64,000 bases of DNA, taken from contig CM059432.1 in NCBI GenBank assembly GCA_030390025.1, positions 4,216,001-4,280,000 of the forward strand, read 5' to 3'. The notes under the pieces are model-generated. The model saw nothing but the letters and a program-made list of their open reading frames with translations. It made no database searches and was not told where the DNA came from. Each line of letters opens with the position of its first letter. Position 1 is the first letter of the stretch. Source of the stretch: Squalus acanthias (taxonomy: Eukaryota). Shown here piece by piece: positions 1 through 12,379 of the stretch. The position numbers were made by a program, and so were the translations under genes.

Positions 1-410
1 AGCCTTTATTTGGCTGCAGATACATCCTGCGCTCTCTGACACTCATAACTCACCTTTGGAACGGAAGTTCCTTGACAGCTGGGGCGCATCCCTTTAAGTA
101 GCACCGCGCCAGCCGCCAACCGGCTGGTTCACACCTCCGCTCCCTGGCGCTGTCGGCACGAGGCGGTAAGGCGGGGGGCGCTACTGAAGTTTGCAGATCG
201 GGCACCCAGCGAGCGTTGCACACTCACTGACGTCATGATCTGCATGGCGAAAGGTGTCGAGGTGCTAACTGTTATCGCCGGCGCTACGGGGCCGGCGAAT
301 TTGCTGTGCAGCATGGGATTCGCCTCGCCGCGGCGCTACTGCCTGAGCGCCCCGATATTGTCCCCCGCCAGGCGCTAACTGGGGGCGCTCATGTGTCGAA
401 TTCCTCCCCC
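1..410. mobile_element. Right end of a Harbinger-type element or MITE (left part outside the window)
   Basis: Ends in AATTCCTCCCCC, matching the GGGGGRGAAATT-type TIR of 48634-52588. Subterminal sequence resembles 52360-52588 and 42720-43005 (CCCTTTAAG, CTGACGTCAYGATCTG). Confidence 0.75.
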
Positions 411-1160
411 TCAGATCCTGTAATACATGCAAGCACATCGCAGTCTCACAACCTCCGTCTTTGCTCCCTGCTGCCTTCCATTCCAAGAATCCCGACTGCT
501 TGTGACTGCAGGATCTGGAGGCATTAGCAGACAGATAACACCTACAGGAGAAGACAGCACCCATATTATGCTGGGGCACCTTCTCCATCACAAATTCCGA
601 GCCCCATGAAGGCGCAATTCCCAATTTATGCCATCCCCCTAACTCAGGAAATTCGGGACTTAAGTGTTCACTAATTTCCTTCCGTACTAAGAACTCAAAA
701 GGTTTCCCCTCAATTCAGAGAAGACTAACTGCCCTATAAGTTCCTGGTTGATTAATTTCCTTTTTTTCAATAGCAGACCTTGCCCTCCTTTCAGCATCAT
801 TTTGCTTTTCAATAATTTTTAGAAAATTGTGGTTAGTGTCCACAATTAATTTTCCCCAAACCTACTCAATAATCAGGAACACAAACCATCTGTGCCTGGT
901 GACATTTCTACTCTTCGACTCATTAAATGTTTTAATGCAGTTTTCTTTTGGGTATTATCTACACTCGTGGCTATTCTACACAATCCTCAAGTGCTTTTAC
1001 AATCCTACTTTCATCATCATTTTAAAAGCTGAGGTGAAATACTTATTAAGCAGCTTCCACCATCCTTTTCTCTCGACTACAAGATGGCTGCCTTTGTCTT
1101 TAAGTAGTCTCATCCATTCTTTGACTATTCTTTCACCATATGTGCTTATTAAAGTCCTTG

Positions 1161-1600
1161 GGGGGTGAAATTCGGTTGCTTTGTGCCTCCCGTTAGCGCC
1201 CCTCGGGGGCGCAAAGCTCCTAGCGCCCAGGCGCGGAGCCGCTGACGCGTCCCGTGAATTTCAGTGGGAGGTTAGTGGCGGCGGTAGCCAGTAGCGCCCT
1301 GCCGCGCTGCGCCGCTGGCGATGACGTCATCGCCGTGCGCAGCGCCCCGCTCGCGCCCCGGCCGCAAACTTGGCTCGCGCCCCCTGACCTATCACCGGAC
1401 GCTATGTTCGACAGGGTCAGGGTGGCGTTTTTGCAGCCGTGGCGGCACTAGTTAAAGGGCAGGTGTCGGGCGGCCATATTTTTGGGGGCCGACCGCCAGC
1501 ACCTGCCCCCTTCCCCTATTTTCTTCGGGGAGTGATCGCTCTGCCCGGCGCTCCTCTTGAAGTTAGCGGCCCAAAGGGGGCACCATCAAATTTCTCCCCC
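1161..1600. mobile_element. Harbinger-type MITE
   Basis: TIRs GGGGGTGAAATT / AATTTCTCCCCC. GC/CpG-rich interior with repeated TAGCGCC motifs and no coding capacity. Confidence 0.8.
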
Positions 1601-1679
1601 ATGATATTTCCTTTTGTGTTGACTGTCCCATTCTCCCTTTTTTAATCTCTTTTTTTGTTTTCCTGTTATATTTATTATA

Positions 1680-2097
1680 TTAAATAAAAACAGAAAATGC
1701 TGGAAATACTCAGCAGGTGGGGCAGCATCTGTAGAGAGAGAAACAGAGAGAGACGTTTCAGGTCGATGACCCTTCGTCAGACCTGGGAAAGGTTAGAGAA
1801 GTAACAGGTTGTCGGCAACTACAGTGGGCAGGGAAAGGGGAGAGGGGAGGAAAGAACAAAAGGGAAGGTCTGTGATAGGGTGGAAGGCGGGAGAGATTAA
1901 ATGACAAAAGGGATGATGGTGCGAGGCAAAAGGAGATGGTAATGGGACAAGTACAGAAACGAAAGATGGGTCTAGAGGAGGTGTCAGTGGGAATGGCAGA
2001 ATCATCAACAGCTGCTGTCCGAAAAATTGGGGGCAGAGGTTCTAATCTGAAATTGTTGAACTCGATGTTGAGTCCGGAAGGCTGTAAATTGCCTATT
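1680..2097 (-). mobile_element. Penelope-like element 3' fragment / terminal repeat (family A)
   Basis: Homologous to 5075-5490 and 41000-41360, which adjoin GIY-YIG coding sequence. Contains the CTGACGA...GAAAC motif. Confidence 0.8.
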
Positions 2098-2214
2098 TAT
2101 TATATTTATCAGTTTACTTCTGTAATATTCCCCCATATTGATCACAGGCCTCTCTGTTAGACCTCGTTTTATCTCTAACCTTTCCATTTATCCATGGAGC
2201 CTCAGCCTTTGAGA

Positions 2215-2920
2215 CAACAACAACTTGTATTTATACAGCGCCTTTAATGTAGTAAAACGTCCAAAGGCGCTTCACAGGAGCGATTATCAAACAAAAATTT
2301 AACACCGAGCCACATAAGGAGATATTAGGGCAGGTGACCAAAAGCTTGGTCAAAGAGGGAGGTTTTAAGGAGCATCTTAAAGAGGAGAGAGAGGCGGAGA
2401 GGCGGAGCGGTTTAGGGAGGGAATTCCAGAGCTTAGGGCCCCGGCAGCTGAAGGTACGGCCGCCAATGGTGGAGCGATGGAAATCGGGGATGCGCAAGAA
2501 GCCAGAATTGGAGGAGTGCGGAGATCTCAGAGGGTTGTAGGGCTGGAGGATGCTAGGGAGATGGCGAGGTCACGGAGGATTTTGAACACAAGGATGAGAA
2601 TTTTAAAATTGAGGCGTTGCCGGACCGGGAGCCAATGTAGAAGAACAGGGGTGATGAGTCAACGGGACTTGGTGCGAGTTTAGGATGCGGGCAGCAGGCT
2701 TTTAGATGAGCTCAAGATTACAGAGAGTGCAAGGTGGGAGACCAGCCAGGAGACCATTGCAATAGTCGAGTCTGGAGATAACAAAAGCACAGATGAGGGT
2801 TTCAGCAGCAGATGGGCTGAGGCGGGGGCAGAGACGGGCGATGTTTCGGAGGTGGAAGTAGGCGGTCTTGGTGATGGAGAAGATGTGGGGTCAGAAGCTC
2901 AGCTCAGGGTCAAATAGGAT
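2215..2920 (-). mobile_element. L2-type LINE 3' end
   Basis: Minus-strand translation IGGRTFSCRGPKLWNSLPKPLR is typical of an L2 ORF2 C-terminus. (TTG)n tail. Confidence 0.8.
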
Positions 2921-3326
2921 AATATGGGCAACAAGTCCACAGAAGAATAATCATAGCGATGAAAAGAAAAAATTGCATGGCTATGCAGAAAGAGCGGTGG
3001 AGTGGGAGGAACAGGATTGCTCTTTGAAAGAGCTGGCACAGACTTGATGGGGCCGAATGGCCTGCATTCTTCGACCCAGCTGAAATATGATAATCTGTCT
3101 TTCCTTTTTACAGATACAGACTGAGCCACTTTCTCTTTTGGGTATCGAATAATCAGATATGGACTCTGAAAGGAGCAGGTTTTATGGGAAGAATGGGCTA
3201 TCTCATTCTGGGCTGCTTTTTTTATTTTAATGAGGCATTAACCCATTAATTTTAAATGAGTTAGTGTCTGTGTAAAAATCGCAGATAAAGGACTATCCAC
3301 CAGTACTAACTTGAGCCATTTCTAAT

Positions 3327-3804
3327 AGAAAGAAAGAAAGACTTGCATTTCTATAGCACATTCACGACCACCGGATGTCTCAAAGCGCTTTACAGCCAAT
3401 GAAGTACTTTTTGAAGTGTAGTCACTGTTGTAATGTAGGAAACACGGCAGCCAATTTGCTCACAGCAAGCTCCCACAAACAGCAATGTGATAATGACCAG
3501 ATAATCTGTTTTTTAGTGATGTTGGTTGAGGATAAATATTGGTCCCAGGACATCGGGGATAACTCCCCTGCTCTTCTTCGAAATAGTGGCCGTGGGATCT
3601 TTTACATCCACCTGAGAGAGCAGACGGGGCCTCGGTTTAACATCTCATCCGAAAGACGGCCCCTCCGACAGTGCAGCACTCCCTCAGCACTGCACTGGGA
3701 GTGTCAGCCCAGCTTTATGTGCTCAAGTCCCTGGAGTGGGACTTTGAACCCACAACCTTCTGACTCGAGAGGCGAGTGTGCTACCCACTGAGCCACAGCT
3801 GACA
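3327..3804 (-). mobile_element. tRNA-derived SINE, DeuSINE/SacSINE1-like, full length
   Basis: Minus strand has a tRNA-like head (TGGCTCAGTGG A-box, GGTTCAAAGTCC B-box-like), a conserved body, an L2-like 3' end and a (TTTC)n tail. More than 10 copies or fragments occur in the window. Family name is from recall. Confidence 0.8.
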
Positions 3805-4659
3805 CAACCTTCGCGACCTCAGGTCATCCCAAAGGCTGTAAAGTGTGAAATAGTGGCCATGGGATCTTTTACGTCCACCTGAGATGGCAGACGGGGCCTC
3901 GGTTTAACATCTTATCTGAAAGACATGACAATGAAAGAAGTGTGCTTCTGTAAAATGGAAATATCGAATCGAAATAGCGTTCTTTGTAGTTAGATCGTGT
4001 TTATTTTAGCCTGAAACCATTTGATAAAATCGCACAGCTAGGTATATTAGTCATAAATAATGGCTTATTCAGCAGAACCAGCAATGCCTTTTTGTGTTCC
4101 ACATTACCGATTCCAATTTGTGTGCACTAACATGCATAAAGTTCTGCAATAATATTTCAGGAAAGGTCATTTATACTTCAAAACATCTCATTCTGAAAAG
4201 GTCAACCAATTAATTCGCAGTCACACCAGAGCTCAGATGTGGTATGCAAGAGATTAAATGTGACTTTTATGGGTCGCCGGGGATTTGAATAAAAGAGGAT
4301 GACACCTGTCCGTATGGTGACATATCCCAAATGAGCTACAAGTTTGAAGCAACAAAGGATTCGCTGAACTTAAGTGTCTTGTTTTATGGCTGTAACTGTA
4401 ATGACTGTCAATGTCTCTCACTGGTGTTCAGTGCCGAGCTTGTAGAGAATGTGACAAGTGCTGGGTTGAAAGTTATATCTGCTTGGACTATATAACACTA
4501 TCGTTAAATGAATCTTTATGATGGTACGTCCCTGGTAACCACTGTCTCTTTCTTCGGGAGTTGTGGTAAGATGTGAAGAGTAAGAATTATTTGAGGAATC
4601 TCACTGAAGAAGAGGGAGTTTCATTGTGCTGTCGTAATAGGTTACTCAATAAATATTTG

Positions 4660-4980
4660 CGTCTTTCAGATGAGACGTTAAATCGAGGCCCCGCCTGCCC
4701 TCTCAGGTGGATGTAAAAGATCCCGCGGCCACTATTTCGAAGAAGAGCAGGGGGGGAGTTCTCCCCGGTGTCCTGGGGCCAATATTTATCCCTCAATCAG
4801 CATCACGAAAACGGATTACCTGGCCATTATCACATTGCTGTTTGCGGGATCTTGCTGTGCGCAATGTGGCTGCTGTGTTTCCTACATTACAACAGTGACT
4901 ACACTTCTAAAAGTACTTCATTAGCTGTAAAGTGCTTTGGGACATCCTGAGGTTGTGAAAGGCGCTATAGAAATATGACT
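4660..4980 (+). mobile_element. DeuSINE-type SINE, 5'-truncated
   Basis: Same body and tail as 3327-3804. Confidence 0.8.
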
Positions 4981-5074
4981 TTTCTATGTTTATAATATAA
5001 CATTCTTCCTTCTGGTCTGTGACAATCAATGCCATCTTGATAATTGTACCATTGAACCGTTTTTTATAGTACGG

Positions 5075-6198
5075 TAATGAAAACAGAAAATGCTGGAAAC
5101 ACTCAGCAGGTCAGGCAGCATCTGCGGAGAGATAAACAGAGTTAAAGTTTCAGGTCGATGACCCTTCGTCAGAACTGGAAAACGTTGGAGATGTAACAGG
5201 TTTTTAAGCAAGTGTAGGGGCAGGGAAAGGGGGGAGGGAGGAAAGAACAAAAGGGAAGGTCTGTGATAGGGTGGAAGGCAGGAAAGATTAAGAGACAAAA
5301 GGGATGATGGTGCGAGGCAAAAGGAGATGGTAATGGGACAAGTTAAGAAACAAAAGATGACTCTAGATGAGGTGTAAACGGGAATGGCAGAATGATCAAC
5401 AGCTGCCGCGTGAAAAAAGAGGGGCAGAGGTTATGGTCTGAAATTGTTGAACTCGATGTCAAGTCCAGAAGGCTGTAAAGTGCCTAATGGAAAGATGTGG
5501 TGCTGCTCCTCGAGCTACGTTGAGCTTCGTTGGAACAGTGTAAGAGGCCGAGGACGGAGAGGTCAGAGTGGGAGTGGAGCGGAGAATTAAAGTGACAGAC
5601 GACCAGAAGCTCGGGATCACACTTACGGACTGAACGAAGGTGTTCTGCAAAGCGGTCACCCAATCTGCGTTTGGTCTCCCCAATGTAGAGGAGACCGCAT
5701 CATCAGCAGCGAATACAGTATACTAAATTGCAAGAAGTACAAGTAAATCGCTGTTTCACCTGGAAGGAGTGTTTGGGGCCCTGGACAGTGGGAAGGGAGG
5801 AGGTAAAAGGGCAGGTGTTGCATCTCCTGCGCTTGCACGGAAGGTGCCGGGCGAAGGGGAAGGGGTGTTGGGGGTGATTGAGGAGTGGACCAGGGTGTCG
5901 CAGAGGGAGCGGTCCCTACGGAATGCTGAAAGGGGGGGTGGAGGGGAAGACATGTTTGGTGGTGGGATCACGTTGGAGGTGGCGGAAATGACGGAGGATG
6001 AATGTGGAGGCTGGTGGGGTGAAAGGTGAGGACAAGGGGAACCCTATCGTGTTTCTGGGAAGGAGGGGAAGGGGTGAGAGCAGGAGTGCGGGAAATAGAA
6101 CGGACATGGTCGAGGGCCGTGTCAACCACGGTAGAGGGGAATCCTCGGTTGAGGAAAAAGGAAGACATATCGGAAGCACTAGTATGAAAGGTGGCATC
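5075..6198 (-). mobile_element. Penelope-like retroelement 3' part (decayed GIY-YIG endonuclease region plus terminal repeat)
   Basis: Minus-strand frames give SSFFLNRGFP...PLVLTFHP...AFRRDRSL...LVYCIRC...LYIGETKRRLGDRFAEHL, with frameshifts. Confidence 0.88.
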
Positions 6199-7222
6199 TT
6201 TATATTACTGTATTACATTATATTTCCCTACATTACACCAGTGACTACACTTCAAAAAAATTCGTCATTGACTGTAAAGCACCTTGGGGATGTCCTGAGG
6301 TCATGAAATGCGCTATATAAATGCAAGCTTTCTATAACATACCCTGCTAACCTTGAGAGAATCTTTTAGTACTAATTGTCTCTGACAACAATCATGCGTG
6401 TGTTGTTTTGTACATCGTGTACAGACTGAGAAATAGGGAACAAAAGGCGTATTTTCCTCTGTCCAAAAAAAAGCAAGGGAAATGCTTGTTTTTTTTGCTC
6501 TTTCTAGTTTCTAACTTATGAACAAGATCGCAGGAACATGCAGTTTTTGAAATGACATCTCTGAAATCTGATTCCGGGAGTGGGAATGGAAAACAAAGAA
6601 ACCGATCAGAACATACCCGCAACATTAATCTCTTAATGCTTCTCCTCCAGTTGATAAGCCATTTAATGAGTGTAAATACTGAAAGGTTTATTAATCAGAC
6701 AATGGAGCATGCATGAAATAACAACAGAAAATGCTGGAGACGCTCAGCAGGTCAGGTCGCATCGCGGAGAGAGAGAAACGGAGTCAATGTCTCGGGTCGA
6801 TGACCCTGGAGCCTGCATTATCGTTATCAACTGTCTGAATGGCAAATTACTAAAAATCACAATTTACCCACGAGGTCTTACATGTCCGTCTTTCGGATGA
6901 GACGTTAAACTGGGGCCCCACCTGCTCCCTCAGGTGAACATAAAAGATCCCGTGGGCACTATTTCGAAGAAGAGCGGGGGAGTTCTCCCCCCGGTGTCCT
7001 GGGGCCAATATTTATCCCGCATCAACATCACTAAAAACAGATTATCTGGTCATCATCACATTGCTGTTTGTGGCATTTTGCAAATTGTGTGCAAATTGGC
7101 TGCTGCCTTTCCTACATTACAATCTATATAAATGACCTAGATGAAGGGACCGAGTGTAATGTATCCAAGTTTGCTGATGATACAAAGCTAGGTGGGACAG
7201 TAAGCTGTGAGGAGAACACAAA

Positions 7223-8067
7223 GAGCTGGATTTTCCAAGCCCCGAGGAGGCGGGTATGGAGGCGGGACTGCCGGTAAAGTAGCAGAAAGTGGGGGCGGAT
7301 GGCAAACCCGCCCCCAGCCCGCCTCCGTGCCCTTTTGCCAGGAGGCGGGAAGATGTGCTGCTTCGGGTCCCGTCTCCTGGGGGCGGGAAAGGCATTAAAT
7401 CCTTTTAACTGCCTGTTAACAGGTAGTTAACAGGCAGGATAAAGGATTAGTGACATTTTGCCTTCTCAGGTGAAGGCTTCCCGACCTCGGAGAACCCCGC
7501 CGGGTTGGAGGAGACGTGGAGGAGGTCTGCGGTGGTCGGAGGCACCTGGAAGTAAGATGTAGGGGTGAGTGATGGGTGCAAGTGTGGAGTGGTAAGTATG
7601 TACGGTGAGTGATAAGTGTTAAAAAATGTTCACTTACCTTGTTTTCTGCCTACAGCCTTCATCCACCCTGGATCGGGAGACTCGACATCTTCCTTGTCGA
7701 TTTCACAGACTGGCTGTTGGATCCTCCGAACTAACAGCCATCTGAAATCGACAAAGTTGAAAGGTTTGATGAGTCCTAAACATAAGGTCTCATCAAACTA
7801 CAGAGAATGTCAGTGTTTGACAGCTTCACAGAGCTGTCAAACGCTGACATTTCTTCTTTCAAGAAGTCTTGACAGATGACACGTCAGATGTTGACGTGAT
7901 CTGTCAGTGACTTCCTCCCTAATTGGCCTGCTGAGCCCCAGGGCGGGCTTAACAAGGTCAATCAGGGGAAAATCCCTCTGGTTGGTCAAACGATGATGGA
8001 GGCGGGACATTGACATGACAAGCAGCAGTCCCGCCTCCAACTCATCTCCATTGAGAAAATCCAGCCC
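7223..8067. mobile_element. Non-autonomous TIR element (Harbinger-type MITE)
   Basis: TIRs GAGCTGGATTTTC / GAAAATCCAGCCC. Interrupts contiguous CR1 RT sequence. TSD not clean. Confidence 0.75.
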
Positions 8068-8161
8068 TCAGAGTCTGCAAAGGGATATAGATAGACTAAG
8101 TGAGTGGGCAGTAAGGTGGCAGATGGAGTATAATGTAGGGAAATGTGAGGTTATTCACTTT

Positions 8162-9131
8162 AACATAAGAACATAAGACGTAGGAGCAGGAGTAGGTCAT
8201 TTGGCCCCCTCGAGCCTGCACCGCCATTCAATAAGATCATGGCTGATCTGATCTTGGCCTCAACTCCACTTCCCTGCCCGCTCCCCATAATCCTTGACTC
8301 CCTTATCGTTCAAAAATCTGTCTATCTCCACCTTAAATATATTCAATGACCCAGCCTCCACAGCTCTCTGGGGAAGAGAATTCCAAAGATTCACGACCCT
8401 CTGAGAGAATAAATTCCTCCTCATTTCCAATTTAAAAGGGTGCCCCCTTATTCTGAAATTATGCCCCCTAGTTCTAGATTCCCCCACGAGGGGAAACATC
8501 CTCTCTGCATCTACCCTGTCGAGCCCCTTCAGAATCTTATATGTTTCAATAAGATCCCCTCTCATTCTTCTAAACTCCAATGAGTATAGGCCCAACCTGC
8601 TCAACCTTTCTTCATAAGACAACCCCTTCATCTCCGGCATCAACCTCGTGAACCTTCTCTGAACTGCCTCCAATGCAAGTATATCCTTCCTTAAATAAGG
8701 AGACCAAAACTGTGCGCAGTACTCCTGGTGTGGTCTCACTAATGCCCTGTACAGTTATAACAGGACTTCCCTACTTTTATACTCCATTCCCTTTGCAATA
8801 AAGGCCAACATTCCATTTCCCTTCCTAATTACTTGTTGTACCTGCATGCTAACTTTTTGTGAAGTTACTCAGGACCCCCAGATCCCTCTGTACCTCAGCA
8901 TTTTCTAATCTCTCCCCACTTAAATAATAATTTGCTTTTTTATTTTTCCTACCAAAGTGGATAACCTTGCATTTTCCCCATATTAAACTCCATCTGCCAG
9001 ATTTTTGCCCATTCACATAGCCTATCTATATCCCTTTGGAGATTCTTTGCGTCCTCCACACAATTTGCTTTCCCACCTATCTTTGTATCATCAGCAAATT
9101 TGGCTACATTACACTCAGTCCCTTCATCCAA
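8162..9131 (-). mobile_element. CR1 LINE 3' fragment nested antisense
   Basis: ORFs 8260-8739 and 8949-9197 (KFADDTKIGG; RPHQEYCAQFWSP). Tail reads (TAAGAACA)n on the + strand. Confidence 0.9.
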
Positions 9132-10296
9132 ATTCTTCCTACATTGGTCAGAAGAATAGAAAAACAGAATATTTTTTAAATGGTGAGAAACTTTCAAATG
9201 TTGGTGTTCAGAGAGATTTGGGTGTCATCGTGCAAGAAGCACAGAAAGCTAGCATACAGGTACAGCAAGCAATAAGGAAGGCAAATGGCATGTAGGCCTT
9301 TATTGCAAGGGGGTTGGAGTATAAGAGTAAGGAAGTCTTGCTACAATTGTACAGGGCCTTGGTGAGACCACACCTGGAGTACTGTGCACACTTTTGGTCT
9401 CCTTATCTAAGGAAGGATATACTTGCCTTGGAGGCGGTGCAACGAAGGTTCACTAGATTGATTCCTGCGATGAGAGGGCTGTCCTATGATGAGAGATTGT
9501 GTAGGTTGGGCCTATACTCTCTGGACTTTAGAAGAATGAGAGGTGATCTCATTCAAACATAAAAGATTATGAGGGGGATTGACAGGGTAGATGCTGAGAG
9601 GTTGTTTCCCCTGGCTCGAGTGTCTAGAACTAGGGGGCATAGTCTCAGGATAAGGGGTCGGCCTTTTAGGACTGAGATGAGGAGGAATTTCTTCACTCAG
9701 AGGGTTGTGAATCTTTGGAATTCTCTGCCCCAGAGGGCCTGTGGATGCTGAGTCTTTGAGTATATTCAAGGCTGAGATCGATAGATTTTTGGACTCTAGG
9801 GGAATCAAGGGATATGGAGATCGGGCAGGAAAGTGGAGTTGAGGTCGAAGATCAGCCATGATCTTATTGAATGGCGGAGCAGGCTCGAGGGGCCGGATGG
9901 CCGACTCCTGCTCTTATTTCTTATGTTCTTGCACAAGTGACCACACTTCAAAAGTACTTAATTGGCTGTAAAGCACTTTGGGACGTCTTGAGGTGGTGAA
10001 AGGTGCCGTAGAAATGCAAGTCTTTCTTTTTTTTACAACACTTATGCAATTCATCTTACAACAGAGAATAAGTGATCTTCGAGTTCAGCCGATTTAACAT
10101 CGAGTTGAGGTCGATGATCAGCCGTGATCTTACTGAATGGTGGAGCAGGCTCGAGGGGCCGTATGGCCGACTCCTGCTCCTATTTCTTATATTCTTTTGC
10201 TCTTAAAGGAGCATAAAATGATCGCAGCCCTAAAATTTAAAGGGGCCAGTCACAACAGTATTGTGCCACGTAGCTTTCTGCTCGCTGATGCTCTAA

Positions 10297-10985
10297 AAGA
10301 AAGACTTGCATTTCTACAGCGCCTTTCACGACCTCAGGATGTCCCAAAGCGCTTTACAGCCAATGAAGTACTTTTTGAAGTGTAGTCACTGTTGTAATGT
10401 TGGAAACACTGCAGTCAATTTGCGCACAGCAAGCTCACACAAACAGCAATTTGATAATGACCGGTTAATCTGTTTTAGTGATTGACGTAAGAAAACTACT
10501 AGGCACTTGGTCTAAGCGTTAAACAAAGCTTTAATCAACTGTTTTACAACATGGAGATCTAATTGTGTCCTGCACTAGTTCCTGATAAAGAATGTCCTGA
10601 GCAAGCTGGGCCCATGCCCGAGTATTTATATTCTCCCTGGACAGCGCCACCAGCAGGCCACCCAGTATTACTTCATAAGTCATTTCCACATGAATGACAA
10701 GATTCATGTCAGTGATGTTGGTTGAGGGATAAATATTGGCCCCAGGACACCGGGGAGAACTCCCCTGCTCTTCTTCGAAATAGTGCCGTGGGATCTTTTA
10801 CATCCACCTGAGAGAGCAGACGGGGCCTCGGCTTAACAGCTCATCTGACAGTGCGGAACCCCCTCAGTACTGCACTGGGAGTGTCAGCCTGGATTTTTGC
10901 GCTCAAGTCTCTGGAGTGGGGACTATGAACCCACAACCTTCTGACTCAGAGGAGAGGGTGCTGCCCACTGAGCCATGGCTGACAA
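10297..10985 (-). mobile_element. DeuSINE-type SINE carrying a solo-LTR insertion
   Basis: Collinear with 3327-3804 on both sides of 10483-10711. Confidence 0.8.
10483..10711 (-). mobile_element. Solo LTR (229 bp)
   Basis: TG...CA termini (TGACG.../...TGTCA) and a perfect 5-bp TSD GTGAT (10478-10482, 10712-10716). The minus strand has TATAAATA followed downstream by ATTAAA. Confidence 0.8.
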
Positions 10986-11412
10986 GTTGCGGTGTTGACC
11001 CAACCAGCGTTTACACGATCAGCTCATTTAAACACTCATTGGTGTTTATCGAACACAAATCCCACGTGAAGAGTACGGTGCTGGAGGCGTGTGGAAATAA
11101 GAGAGCAGCATTCCAACGGCCAAGCCAAGCTGAAGGGTGCAGCGGTGATAGGAGCAATGGGTACGTAGGAGAGTAGTGGTTGCTGCACTCGATGCCTCAT
11201 TTGTGATTTTGTCTCGCTTTTAAGGAATCTCTGCCACTGGAGGATCTGACATAGAATTACACAGAATATACAGCACAGAAACAGGCCATTCGACCCAACT
11301 GGTCCATGATTCTTCTTTTCAAATCCCACCATGACCTCGCCCCTCCCTATCTCTGTAATCTCCTTCAGCCCCACGACCCCCCGAGATATCTGCGCTCCTC
11401 GAATTCTGCCCT

Positions 11413-12070
11413 CTGCAAATGGTATGTTGGCCTTCATAGCGAAAGGGTTTGAGTATAGGAACAGGGATGTCCTGCTGCAGTTGTACAGGGCCTTGGTGAG
11501 ACCACACCTTGAGTATTGTGTGCAGTTTTGGTCGCCTTATCTGAGGAAGGATGTTCTTGCCATGGAAGGAGTTCAGCGAAGATTCACAAGGCTGATACCT
11601 GGGATGGCAGGAATGACGTATGAGGAGAGATTGGGTCGATTGGGCTTATACTCGCTGGAGTATAGAAGAATGAGAGGGGATCTCCTCGAAACATATAAAA
11701 TTCTGACAGGTCTGGACAAACTAGATGCAGGAAGAATGTTCCCGATGGTCGGAGAGTCCAGAACCAGGGGTCATAATCTAAGGATAAGGGGTATGCTATT
11801 TAGGACAGAAATGAGGAAGAATTTCTTCACCCAGAGAGTGGTGAACCTGTGGAATTCTCTACCACAGAAGGTAGTTGAGGCCAATTCATTAAATATATTC
11901 AAGAATGAGTTAGATATATTTCTTAAAGCTAAAGGTATCAAGGGATATGGGGAAAAGGCAGGTACAGGATACTGAGTTTGGATGATCAGCCATGATCTCA
12001 TCGAATGGCAGAGCAGGCTCGAGGGGCCGAATGGCCTACTCCTGCTCCTATCTTCTATGTTTCTATGTTT
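11413..12070 (+). mobile_element. CR1 LINE 3' fragment inserted in an L2 3' end (L2 parts about 11315-11412 and 12071-12335)
   Basis: Open frame ANGMLAFIAKGFEY...KGYGEKAGTGY and a (TTCTATGT)n tail. L2 sequence resumes after the tail. Confidence 0.9.
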
Positions 12071-12379
12071 CTATCCCCGATTTTAATCACTCCACCATTG
12101 GCGGCCGTGCCTTCAGCTGCCTGGGCCCCGAGCTCTGGAATTCCCTCCCTAAACCTCTCCGCCTCTCTACCTCTCTTTCTTCCTTTAAGACCCTCCTTAA
12201 AACTTACCTCTTTGACCAAGTCTGCCCTAATTTCTCCTTATGTGGCTCGGTGTCAAATTTTGTTTTATAACGTTCCTGTGAAGCGCCCTGGGACGTTTCA
12301 CTACGTTAAAGGCGCTGTATAAATACAAGTTGTTGCTACTCCACACCAGCCTCCTCCCACCCCCCTTCATCAACCCTGA

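Larger units (their letters stand above)
7122..9930 (+). mobile_element. CR1 LINE 3' portion (RT), interrupted by a MITE and an antisense CR1
   Basis: IYINDLDEGTECNVSKFADDTKLGG (7122-7222), continuing at 8068-8161 and about 9144-9930 (LVRPHLEYC...FFTQRVVNLWNSLP), then the CR1 3' UTR and tail. Confidence 0.9.
6885..10030 (+). mobile_element. DeuSINE-type SINE split by a nested CR1 cluster (SINE parts about 6885-7121 and 9931-10030)
   Basis: SINE stops at CCTACATTACAA and resumes at CAAGTGACCACACTTCAAAAG after the CR1 tail. Confidence 0.75.

Noticed and set aside
3720..3804. tRNA genes at SINE heads (also near 10985, 22020, 23178, 29347)
   Set aside because: Each is attached to the same SINE body and tail, and I see no complete cloverleaf.
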